The position numbers were made by a program, and so were the translations under genes. From Candidatus Wolframiiraptor sinensis (GTDB lineage: Archaea; Thermoproteota; Nitrososphaeria_A; Caldarchaeales; Wolframiiraptoraceae), in contig JALNKA010000017.1 in NCBI GenBank assembly GCA_023261815.1, forward strand, positions 1 to 11,839: a stretch of 11,839 nt of DNA, in the 5' to 3' direction. The notes beneath the pieces are model-generated. The model was not told where the DNA came from. It made no database searches and worked only from the letters and a program-made list of their open reading frames with translations. Shown here piece by piece: positions 1-7,950 of this stretch; within the stretch, counting starts at the first letter, position 1; every line of letters begins with the position of its first letter.

Positions 1-8
1 AGATGTAA

Positions 9-18
9 TTTTTTAATT
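9..18 (+). promoter_or_regulatory. Candidate archaeal TATA box for the methylthiotransferase gene
   Basis: AT-only run TTTTTTAATT 26-35 nt upstream of the TTG start at 44, with no clear SD. This fits a leaderless archaeal transcript. Confidence 0.45.
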
Positions 19-43
19 CTGCCACCTCAAGCCTCTCTCGGGA

Positions 44-1360
44 TTGAGGATTTACTGGGAGGTTTATGGGTGCGCGGCAAACGTCGCTGACGCGGAGATA
101 GCGATCGGCATATTGAGGGGCAGGGGTCACGAGGTTGTCCCGAGACCGGAGGACGCCGACGTCATAGTGGTCTTCACATGCGCCGTTAAGAAGCCTACGA
201 GCGATAGAATGTTCTACAGGATAAGCCGGCTGAGAGAGCTCGGAAAAAGGATCATCGTGGCGGGCTGCATGCCGATTGGGGAGCCGGGGAAGGTTAAGCT
301 CGCGGCGCCGGATGCCGTGATGATAGGCCCGAGATCCATCACGAGGATATGGGAGGCCGTTGAGAGGGGCATAAGCATCCTAGATGATGTTGATGACGTG
401 AAGCTCGGCCTTCCGAGGAGTAGGAGAAGCCCGGTGGTCGCAATAGTGCCGGTATCCGAGGGCTGCGCCTGGAGGCTCTGCAGCTTTTGCATAGTCGCGA
501 GGATCCGAGGCGCTTTCAGGAGCTATCCGTTGGAGCTCGTGCTCGGGGAGGTTAGGAGGTTCCTCGAGGAGGGCGCGAGGGAGATCTGGCTGACGAGCCA
601 GGATATGGGGAGCTATGGGATCGAGTCTGGGAGGAGCATGCTTCCGGAGCTCCTAAAAGCGGTCTCGAGCATCGAGGGCCTGTTCTTCATCAGGGTCGGC
701 ATGATGAACCCGCTATACATCTACCCCGTTAGGGAGAAGCTCGCGGAAGCTTATTTACACCCCAGGATATTCAAGTTCCTTCATCTGCCGGTTCAATCGG
801 GCTCGAATAGGATTCTCAGGAGCATGATGAGGGGCTATACGGTCGAGGCATTCAAGAAGATAGTCGAGGAGTTTAGGCGGAGAATACCCGAGCTAACACT
901 CTCGACGGACATCATCGTAGGCTACCCGGCGGAGGATGAGGAGGATTTCGAGGAGACGATTAGGCTCGTGGAGGAAGTGAAGCCTGACATGATAAATATC
1001 TCGAGGTTCTTCGCTAGGCCCGGCACTCCCTCCGAGAGGCTCAAGCCCCTAGACCCTAGGTTGATCAATGAGAGGAGTAGAATTTTGAGCGAGGTTGCGA
1101 GAAGGGTAGCTCTCGAGAAGAATGAGGGGTGGGTGGGCTGGAGCGGCTACGCTATAGTTGATGAGATCGGGGAGCGCGGCGAGGCCATAGCAAGGAACAT
1201 CTACTACAGGCCCATAGTCATCGCGGATGCGCACGGCGAGGATATCCTCGGGAGAATCGTCGAGGTCGAGGTCGAGGATGCCAGGCCATACTGCCTAATG
1301 GCCAGGCTCAGGAGAATAGTGGATCTCGAGGAGGCTCGGGAAGCGATAATAGCCTCTTAG
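44..1360 (+). CDS. mtaB: tRNA methylthiotransferase, archaeal MtaB/MiaB-like radical SAM family (probably t6A37 -> ms2t6A)
   Basis: N-terminal UPF0004 domain has three Cys (YGCAAN, TCAVK, AGCMP). Radical SAM Cys motif GCAWRLCSFC. Family motifs RVGMMNP, KFLHLPVQSGS, TDIIVGYP and SRFFARPGT are present, plus a C-terminal TRAM-like domain. TTG start. Confidence 0.9.
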   Translation: MRIYWEVYGCAANVADAEIAIGILRGRGHEVVPRPEDADVIVVFTCAVKKPTSDRMFYRISRLRELGKRIIVAGCMPIGEPGKVKLAAPDAVMIGPRSITRIWEAVERGISILDDVDDVKLGLPRSRRSPVVAIVPVSEGCAWRLCSFCIVARIRGAFRSYPLELVLGEVRRFLEEGAREIWLTSQDMGSYGIESGRSMLPELLKAVSSIEGLFFIRVGMMNPLYIYPVREKLAEAYLHPRIFKFLHLPVQSGSNRILRSMMRGYTVEAFKKIVEEFRRRIPELTLSTDIIVGYPAEDEEDFEETIRLVEEVKPDMINISRFFARPGTPSERLKPLDPRLINERSRILSEVARRVALEKNEGWVGWSGYAIVDEIGERGEAIARNIYYRPIVIADAHGEDILGRIVEVEVEDARPYCLMARLRRIVDLEEAREAIIAS

Positions 1361-1381
1361 AAGAGCTGATGAGGCTGGAGA

Positions 1382-2518
1382 ATGCTGGAGGAGCTCCTCC
1401 CGGAATATAACTCGATCGTGATACACTATGGCGAGATAGCGCTGAAGAGGAGTAGGCGCGGGAGATTTGAGCGGATACTCCACAGGAATCTTGAGGAGCT
1501 AACAGGCGTGAAGATCAAGAGACTTCAGGGTAGATTCATCATGAATCTTGAGCCGGGCATGGATGCCGCCGGACTGCTCGAGAAGATCGGGAGATCCTTC
1601 GGCGTGGTGTGGTATGCTCCAGCGATAAGGGCATCATCCCTCGAGGAGCTCCGGGATAAGCTGCTGGATATACTGCCCCGAGTCCGCGTGAGGAGCATAA
1701 AGCTCGTGGTCAAGAGGAGCAATAAGAGCTTCCCGAAGACGTCGCTCGAGGTCGCGAAGGAGCTCGGCGGCGAACTTGCCTCAAGGCTCGGGCTGAAAGT
1801 AGATTTGAAGAAGCCTGACCGTGTGGTTCAAGTCGAGATCACGGAGGACGGCATCTATGCATCACTGATGAAGCTTAGGGGGCCGGGCGGGCTACCGCTC
1901 GGAGCATCTGGGAAAATCCTCGGCCTCTATTCGGGCGGAGCCTGCTCAGCGCTAGCATGCTGGTTCATGATGAAGAGGGGCTGCAGGATCGATTTGCTTC
2001 ACATTCATGATGAGGAGTTGGGCGAGGCCGTAATCAGGTCGGAGCTCATGCGCAATGCTGAGAGGCTCCTCGAATACGCCTCGAGAATCAGGGTTTACCT
2101 TGCATCCTCGAGCCCTCTTCTGAGCTTGATGGAGGGGGCGCCGAGCGTTGAGAAGCCCACGATCAGGATCGCGTTCATGCTCAGGCTCGGTGAGGAGGTC
2201 GCCAGGCTGAAGGGCTACCCCGGCCTGGTTCTCGGATCGCGCCTCGAGGGCTCGGTCGAGCTTGACGGCCTCCTGCAGATGCTCTCCATGAGAAGCCTCC
2301 CGGTCCATATGCCCCTAATAGCCCTCACGAGCGAGGAGATCTCGAGAAGATGCGAGGCCCTCGGGCTTCACGCTCTCACGGGCCGGCGAGAAAATTATCC
2401 CGCAATTCCAGATCCCCTCGATCTCTGGAGGAGGCTCGAAGAGCCCGTGAGGCGGGCGATCGAGAGGCTCGAGGTCTATGATCTCAGGCTTGGAGCTGGG
2501 CCCGCGCAGATCACTTAG
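1382..2518 (+). CDS. ThiI-like THUMP-domain protein (tRNA 4-thiouridine synthase family) with degenerate catalytic motifs
   Basis: N-terminal IHYGEIALK, THUMP domain (VKRSNKSFPKTS...VDLKKPD), GPGGLPLG and MMKRG are typical of ThiI. The PP-loop reads SGGACS instead of SGGxDS. Confidence 0.8.
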   Translation: MLEELLPEYNSIVIHYGEIALKRSRRGRFERILHRNLEELTGVKIKRLQGRFIMNLEPGMDAAGLLEKIGRSFGVVWYAPAIRASSLEELRDKLLDILPRVRVRSIKLVVKRSNKSFPKTSLEVAKELGGELASRLGLKVDLKKPDRVVQVEITEDGIYASLMKLRGPGGLPLGASGKILGLYSGGACSALACWFMMKRGCRIDLLHIHDEELGEAVIRSELMRNAERLLEYASRIRVYLASSSPLLSLMEGAPSVEKPTIRIAFMLRLGEEVARLKGYPGLVLGSRLEGSVELDGLLQMLSMRSLPVHMPLIALTSEEISRRCEALGLHALTGRRENYPAIPDPLDLWRRLEEPVRRAIERLEVYDLRLGAGPAQIT

Positions 2519-3983
2519 CCAGCCTCAGGAGCTTCGCTGGACTTGGCAAGAGCACTTCGCAGCTTATCTCACCCGCCTCGGCGAGCCTCTGAAACTCCTG
2601 GGGGCTCTCCGTGTGCACGGGTATTAGGACTCTGGGCCTTATCTCATTGATGATCTCTATCAGGGTCTCTCGGTCCGCGTGGCCGGAAGAGTGTGCGATT
2701 CTCAGATCCAGCCTGAGCAAATTCACCCATCTCTCGAATCTCGCCCACTCTATCTCCTGCTCCTCGTCATGCGGCTCGCTCGTGGATACCACTAGGCCTG
2801 AGCCCGGTCTTGGCCTCACCTGAGCAAGCTCCAGCACCTGATCCAGCCCGCCGAGAATCAGCAAATAATCTCCCTGCTTCTTCGAGATCTCCTCAGCCTT
2901 TACTAGTGCTCCGGGCTTCCTGCCATCGAGCCTATCGGCATACATTTTCCTCAGCCATCCCCGATAATGCTGCGATTCGAGGTCATAGCCTCCTCCTGTG
3001 AGGGATCTGCGCTCAAAGTAAATGCCGGCGCCCCTCAGATCAGGGAGCGGTATCTTGGTGCCCGACTCCGCCAGCCGGTCTATCAGGTGGGCGGCTCTCG
3101 GGCAGAGAACGGGGATTCTTCCAAGTTCCTCCGATAACTGGATTATGCTCCTGACCCTATCCACGTCCGCCGGGGAGATTATGATGCAGGCGAGCTTACC
3201 CACCTTATCCTCCAAGTATCTCCTTATATCCCGGATGACCTCATCCTCGCGAACCATTATGGATGAGTCTATCCGCGTTCCCTCGATTATTAGGTACTCT
3301 ACTCCAGCAGCCCGCTCGATGAACCTGTCGGTTAGGCTCTTGAGAGCGCCATGCCTCCTGATATCGCCGGTATAGGCGAGGGAAAGATCCTCAATCACGA
3401 AGCTGAAGGCCGCTGGAATCGAGTGATCTATCGGGCATGGGGTTACGTGGAAGGGCGCGCTCGGGATGCTGGAATATTCCTCAAAGATCGCGATCGATCT
3501 CTCCCGCGGCTCGCGGCGCTCCTCAATTCTATTCCTCACCTCGAAAATCTCCGCCTCGATTCCGGATGCTGCCGAGGACTCGAGCATCGCCTCCATAATC
3601 GTCCTCATAGACCTGCTCATGGCCAGCATGATCTTGTCAGACAGGAAGCCTGATGCGCCATAATGATCCCTATGAGCGTGCGAGAAGATGCACATTGATG
3701 CCTCCACCGGCTCGCCCTTCTCCAGGATCTCGCCAACCCTCTCATCTATGCCCACTAAATCATCGCGGTAAATTCCCCTAATTCTTGGAAGTATCCCGGA
3801 GTAAAGGTAATAGTAGAGCGTGTTGGCGACCGTGAGCGCCCGGTAGCCGAGAAGATAATCCCTCTTCCTCTTCAGGTTGATCCCGAAGTCTAGGAGCACA
3901 GCATCCCCGCCCGATGAGACCGCTATCTTATTGCCCCCAACGCAGTCCGCGCCATCCAGCACCCTGAGCTCGAACGCTGGCAT
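2511..3983 (-). CDS. Metallo-beta-lactamase/beta-CASP hydrolase, RNase J-like nuclease
   Basis: Motifs GGNKI, LLDFG, SHAHRDH (HxHxDH), DHS, YTGD, EGT, HSSGHA and PVHTE. GGGAGGG SD precedes the ATG. Its 3' end overlaps the convergent ThiI-like gene by 8 nt. Confidence 0.85.
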   Translation of the reverse strand: MPAFELRVLDGADCVGGNKIAVSSGGDAVLLDFGINLKRKRDYLLGYRALTVANTLYYYLYSGILPRIRGIYRDDLVGIDERVGEILEKGEPVEASMCIFSHAHRDHYGASGFLSDKIMLAMSRSMRTIMEAMLESSAASGIEAEIFEVRNRIEERREPRERSIAIFEEYSSIPSAPFHVTPCPIDHSIPAAFSFVIEDLSLAYTGDIRRHGALKSLTDRFIERAAGVEYLIIEGTRIDSSIMVREDEVIRDIRRYLEDKVGKLACIIISPADVDRVRSIIQLSEELGRIPVLCPRAAHLIDRLAESGTKIPLPDLRGAGIYFERRSLTGGGYDLESQHYRGWLRKMYADRLDGRKPGALVKAEEISKKQGDYLLILGGLDQVLELAQVRPRPGSGLVVSTSEPHDEEQEIEWARFERWVNLLRLDLRIAHSSGHADRETLIEIINEIRPRVLIPVHTESPQEFQRLAEAGEISCEVLLPSPAKLLRLAK

Positions 3984-4011
3984 CCCTCCCGATAACCCAC
4001 CTTAAACCAGG

Positions 4012-5079
4012 TTATAGCATTGCATCGATGGGCGGGCCTCGCTCGATGAGGAGGCCGGATATTCTTCGCTCTAGGCTCTCGCTCTGCGTGGCTCTCACGA
4101 ACAGGCTCTTGCGCCTGAGCTCCTCGAGATTCGAGGCGCCCACATAGCCCATACCGCTCTTTAGCCCGCCGATGATGAGCTTTACGACCTCGCGCACGCT
4201 GCCCTTATACGGGACGTAGCCCGAGAGACCCTCGGGGATCAGCTTAGAGTACCTGTCCAGCTTCTCTATGACCTCCGGGCTCCCCATACCCCTATACCTC
4301 TTCAGCTCGACCCCATTTCTCTCGATTACCTCTCCCGGCGCCTCATCCGTTCCAGCGAGCATTCTCCCGAGCATCACGCAGTCCGCTCCTGCCGCGAGGG
4401 CCTTGACCACGTCCCCTATCCTCTTGACCCCGCCATCGGCTATCACAGGCACGCCGTAGCTCGATGCCACGTCCGCGACCCACGCGATCGCCTGGAGCTG
4501 CGGGACGCCCACGCCGCAAACCTCCCTCGTGAAGCACATGGAGCCGGCGCCGAGGCCAACTCTGAGGCCATCAGCTCCTGCTGATATGAGGTCCTCCGCT
4601 CCCTCGGGGGTCACGATGTTCCCGGCCACCACGTCCACGTCGGCGATCTCCTTGTATCTCCGGATGCTCCGGATAACGTTCTCGCTATGGCCATGAGCCG
4701 CGTCTATTACCACGAGGTCTGCGCCTGCGTCCACGAGCTTTCTGAAGCGCTCCTCGTCCAGCGCCCCGACCGCCGCGCCCACGATCAGCCCCCGCTCCTT
4801 CACCCTCCTAACCTCCTCAGCCTCCCTATCGGCCGGCATATTCCTATGGATTATCCCGATGCCGCCCTCCTCCGCCAACGCGATCGCCATCTTCGCCTCC
4901 GTCACGGTATCCATCGGCGAGCTGACGATCGGTATTCTCAAGGACACGTTCCTAGAAACCCTCGTGGAGACGTCGATATCCTCCTTCGGAATAACAGACG
5001 AGAATCTCGGAATTAGGAGGACGTCATCGAAGCTGAGAGCGGCCGCCGCCCTCTCCAGCTTCCTCGAATAGAACCCCAT
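4012..5079 (-). CDS. guaB: Inosine-5'-monophosphate dehydrogenase lacking the CBS subdomain
   Basis: Motifs [35 protein letters not shown], catalytic loop [22 protein letters not shown], flap RY and PEG. The start is placed at ATG 5079 (MGFYSRK) because the upstream 11 codons from 5112 look non-homologous. Confidence 0.88.
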   Translation of the reverse strand: MGFYSRKLERAAAALSFDDVLLIPRFSSVIPKEDIDVSTRVSRNVSLRIPIVSSPMDTVTEAKMAIALAEEGGIGIIHRNMPADREAEEVRRVKERGLIVGAAVGALDEERFRKLVDAGADLVVIDAAHGHSENVIRSIRRYKEIADVDVVAGNIVTPEGAEDLISAGADGLRVGLGAGSMCFTREVCGVGVPQLQAIAWVADVASSYGVPVIADGGVKRIGDVVKALAAGADCVMLGRMLAGTDEAPGEVIERNGVELKRYRGMGSPEVIEKLDRYSKLIPEGLSGYVPYKGSVREVVKLIIGGLKSGMGYVGASNLEELRRKSLFVRATQSESLERRISGLLIERGPPIDAML

Positions 5080-5256
5080 ACTGGGAGACCTGCATCGCCG
5101 GCTTTTATCCATTAAGGCACCTCAGCCCGGGTATCAGTCATCATCCAGGAGTCAGAAATACCCGCGCTCATCACACGTGATATATCATCTAAGTGGGGGT
5201 ATTTTTATCTTCGGAAGTCATCCTTTTACCCTTGGAAAATCTTCTGAAAATCAGCC

Positions 5257-5535
5257 ATGAGCGCCGAGCTGCTTGAGAGGGCTGTGGAAGAGTATAACAA
5301 GTTTAGAAGCCCTGAGGCCGTCGTCAGGATAATCGAGCTGAGAGATGATGGGTTCGTCGCGGAGTTCTCCGGAAGCTTCTGCCTAACATGCGGGGTATAT
5401 GATTGGCTTGAGGACCTGAGGTACGAGATTCGCAGGCTCGACCCGGAGCTTGACGCGGTGATAGATAGCTGGAGACAAATATCTGATGACTCGATCATAG
5501 TGGAGTTTAAGCTCATCAGAAAGCCCGCGGAATAG
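5257..5535 (+). CDS. Small acidic CxxC protein, possibly Nfu/NifU-C-like Fe-S carrier
   Basis: 92-aa ORF with codon usage like the neighbouring genes, filling the gap between guaB and iscU. It contains FSGSFCLTCG after two predicted beta strands. The function is inferred. Confidence 0.7.
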   Translation: MSAELLERAVEEYNKFRSPEAVVRIIELRDDGFVAEFSGSFCLTCGVYDWLEDLRYEIRRLDPELDAVIDSWRQISDDSIIVEFKLIRKPAE

Positions 5536-5556
5536 GTTTCAGCGCACGGTTACCGA

Positions 5557-6051
5557 TCAAACCCTCTCGCCGCCTATCCTCCTAGAGAGTATCTTCATGA
5601 GCTCCTCTTCTTCGAGAGCGTGCCTCTCATCCGGCGTCAACTCCTCGGGCAGCCAATCAGGCTTAACCCTATCCCTGTAATATGCTCTTATCGCTCTTCT
5701 CAGGGCTCCGACCGCGAGAACTCCGCAGTGGTATTTTATCGGCGGCAACCCTCCCAGCTCATCGGATAGCTGCTTCCAGCTTATCCCCCACGCCTCCCTC
5801 AAGCTCTTTCCCTTTATCATCTCCGTCAGCAGGCTGGCGGTCGCGATGTTCGCCGCGCATCCATAGCTCTCGAAGGATGCATCCACGATCCGCTCCTCAT
5901 CGATCTTGAGGTATATCGTTATCATGTCGCCGCAGGCTAGGCTGCCGGCTGTGGCCACCGCGTTCGCATCCTCCATTCTCCCGAGGTTCTTCGGGTTCCT
6001 GAAGAGCTCGAGGACCTTGGGGCTGTAGGGGAGCGGTATTCGCGAGGACAT
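5557..6051 (-). CDS. iscU: Fe-S cluster scaffold IscU/NifU-N with C-terminal extension
   Basis: Motifs YSPKV...NPKN, CGD, YGCAA and LPPIKYHC give three Cys ligands, the Asp and the His. It starts 2 nt after the iscS stop. Confidence 0.93.
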   Translation of the reverse strand: MSSRIPLPYSPKVLELFRNPKNLGRMEDANAVATAGSLACGDMITIYLKIDEERIVDASFESYGCAANIATASLLTEMIKGKSLREAWGISWKQLSDELGGLPPIKYHCGVLAVGALRRAIRAYYRDRVKPDWLPEELTPDERHALEEEELMKILSRRIGGERV

Positions 6052-6053
6052 CC

Positions 6054-7283
6054 CTACATCATCACCTTCGGGGAGATCGATCTGATCCTGCTCACGGCTT
6101 CCGGTATCTGCTCTAGAGCATATTTTATGTCCTCTTCCTCGTGCATGGGCGAGACCTTCATCAATATGCTCCCGTGCGCTATTTCATATGGCCTCCCTAT
6201 AGCTAGGAGGACGTGCGATGGCTCAAGGGTTCTACTCGTGCAGGCGCTGCCGCTGGAGACGTATACTCCCCTGAGGCTCAGCTCGACCGTTAATGCCTCC
6301 CCCTCGCAGTAGAGGAAGCTCATGTTCGCGTTATCGGGCGCCCTCCTATCGCCCTTTGGTCCATTCAGCATGACGCCATCAATATTCCCAAGCAATCCAT
6401 TTATTAGGAGATCCCTTAACCGCCTCATCTTGTATCGGCATTCATCGAAGCTTCTTCTGAGGATCTCAAGCGCTTTCGCGAAGCCGGCGATCGCGGGCAC
6501 GTCCTCCGCCCCGGGCCAGAGCCTTTGAGAGCTCAGCTGACCGTGGAGTATTGGATCGATTTTTATGCCCTCCCTGATGTAGAGGGCTCCGACGCCCTTC
6601 GGAGCAAATGCCTTATGGCCGCTGAAAGATGCCATATCCACCCCAGCCTTCTCCAAGTCCAGCGGTATTCTTCCCAGAGCATCGCAGGCGTCGGTGTGGA
6701 TCACGGCCTCGGGGCTCTTATCTCTCACGACCTCGGCTATGGCTTTCAGGTCCTGTATGGTTCCGATCTCGTGATTTACGGCCGCGACGCTCACCATTAG
6801 GGTATTCCCATCAACTTGGCCGGCGAGGTAATCCAGATCAACAAACCCCTCTTCGTCGACCGGTATTTCCACGAGCTTAAACCCATTCTCCTGAAGCCTC
6901 TCCGCCGGAAACTTGATGCTCAGGTGCTCTATCTGCGAGACTAGTATCTTTCTCCGGCCACGGCTCGCCTTCGCAAAGCCCATGATCGCCAAGTTGTTCG
7001 CCTCAGTCCCATTATGGGTGAAAATAATCTCGCCATCGCTCACGCCTATCAAATCCATCAAGCCGACCTCAGCCTCCAAGATTACCTCGAGGGCGCGCCA
7101 TCCCGGCCTATGCGTTATCGAGGGGTTGCCATAGATCCTGTAAGCCTCCTGAAGCGCCGCCAGAGCCTCCTCGAAGGCCAAGCCCGAGTTCTCCAAGTCA
7201 AGGTAAACCTCGCGGCGCGGACCGCCATGAGCCCTCACCAAGGACTTAACCTTTTCGAGCTGCTCGAGCAGATCTTTCCCCAA
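6054..7283 (-). CDS. iscS: Class I cysteine desulfurase-like protein (IscS/NifS) with atypical substrate pocket
   Basis: Motifs GNPS, GTEANN, IEH, NHEIG, HTDA, SGHK (PLP Lys), PKGVGALY and SSGSACTS...EPSHVLLAIG. Directly upstream of iscU. TTG start. Confidence 0.88.
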   Translation of the reverse strand: MGKDLLEQLEKVKSLVRAHGGPRREVYLDLENSGLAFEEALAALQEAYRIYGNPSITHRPGWRALEVILEAEVGLMDLIGVSDGEIIFTHNGTEANNLAIMGFAKASRGRRKILVSQIEHLSIKFPAERLQENGFKLVEIPVDEEGFVDLDYLAGQVDGNTLMVSVAAVNHEIGTIQDLKAIAEVVRDKSPEAVIHTDACDALGRIPLDLEKAGVDMASFSGHKAFAPKGVGALYIREGIKIDPILHGQLSSQRLWPGAEDVPAIAGFAKALEILRRSFDECRYKMRRLRDLLINGLLGNIDGVMLNGPKGDRRAPDNANMSFLYCEGEALTVELSLRGVYVSSGSACTSRTLEPSHVLLAIGRPYEIAHGSILMKVSPMHEEEDIKYALEQIPEAVSRIRSISPKVMM

Positions 7284-7310
7284 TCCTTATCCCAGCTATT
7301 CTAAGATAAC

Positions 7311-7326
7311 CGTGTAATATTAGCTT
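7311..7326 (-). promoter_or_regulatory. Candidate TATA box for iscS-iscU
   Basis: Minus strand reads AAGC-TAATATTA-CACG. TAATATTA (7315-7322) lies 32-39 nt upstream of the TTG at 7283. Confidence 0.45.
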
Positions 7327-7678
7327 AATGCTTTGACCTAGGCGGCCTCAGGGCCACGCCATGCCTGCTCGCAATTCTCCTAACTGCCAGCTCGCATATC
7401 ATGCAGAAGGGCATATCCTCCGGCGGAGAGCCCCTCGAGATCGCCTTCTCGACATAGGCATCAACGTAGTCTCTGATCTCCTTGCACTTTGAGAGCATTC
7501 TCGCCATCTTGACCCCCCTCTTCGAATTGAGGTAATGGCTTATCGAGGGTTGAGTTACCCCGAGAAGCTCAGCGACCTCCGACTGGGTTAAATTATGCTC
7601 CTCTATGAACTTCTTGGCTATCATCAGCCTTATCGCCGGAATCACGTATCGCGCCGAAATTTCACACGGGAACCTCAA
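7325..7678 (-). CDS. Archaeal XRE/Cro-type HTH transcription regulator (COG2522-like) with Cys motifs
   Basis: PCE...YVIPAIR N-terminus, HTH LTQSEVAELLGVTQPSISHYL, KRG and C-terminal FCMIC. TTG start. Confidence 0.85.
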   Translation of the reverse strand: MRFPCEISARYVIPAIRLMIAKKFIEEHNLTQSEVAELLGVTQPSISHYLNSKRGVKMARMLSKCKEIRDYVDAYVEKAISRGSPPEDMPFCMICELAVRRIASRHGVALRPPRSKH

Positions 7679-7703
7679 TTTTCCGATGAGAAGATTGAAT
7701 TAC

Positions 7704-7718
7704 GCGGTTATAAGCATT
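7704..7718 (-). promoter_or_regulatory. Candidate TATA box for the HTH regulator gene
   Basis: Minus strand AATGC-TTATAA-CCGC. TTATAA (7708-7713) lies 30-35 nt upstream of the start at 7678. Confidence 0.5.
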
Positions 7719-7950
7719 ACCTCTGAGGCTCCACGCAAATCTCAAAATAATCATCCACTTGCCTGAATCCAATGAACTTGTGCCCCGTTCTCGAGGCCCA
7801 TTCCCTAACATCATTGGGTGACCGGGGATCCGTTGAGAGGAGTTTTATTCTCTTCCCCGGCTCGGCCTTCCTCATAACTCTTATCAGCATGATTAGGGGG
7901 CCCGGGCATGACTTGTACCTGGCATCCACTATTATCTCATCGCTCATCAT
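7717..7950 (-). CDS. tusA: TusA/SirA-family sulfur carrier protein
   Basis: IIVDARYKSCPGP (CPxP persulfide motif), STDP...DVREWA...GH, about 77 aa. The start is ATG 7950 or 7947 after GGGGAG, not 8010. It overlaps the upstream gene's stop. Confidence 0.9.
   Translation of the reverse strand: MMSDEIIVDARYKSCPGPLIMLIRVMRKAEPGKRIKLLSTDPRSPNDVREWASRTGHKFIGFRQVDDYFEICVEPQR

Noticed and set aside
5080-5112. Longer guaB start (MDKSRRCRSPS)
   Set aside because: These residues do not resemble IMPDH. ATG 5079 gives a normal N-terminus, though this is unproven.
5170-5187. Palindromes ATCACACGTGAT (imperfect) and TGATATATCA in the guaB divergent gap
   Set aside because: They are short, occur once and have no second copy in the window to support an operator.
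5113-5256. tRNA or structured ncRNA in the largest intergenic gap
   Set aside because: I saw no cloverleaf, T-loop motif or strong hairpin. The gap is more simply a divergent promoter region.
7295-7310. Imperfect inverted repeat GCTAT-N6-ATAAC upstream of iscS
   Set aside because: The position suits an operator, but I found no convincing match in the other promoters.
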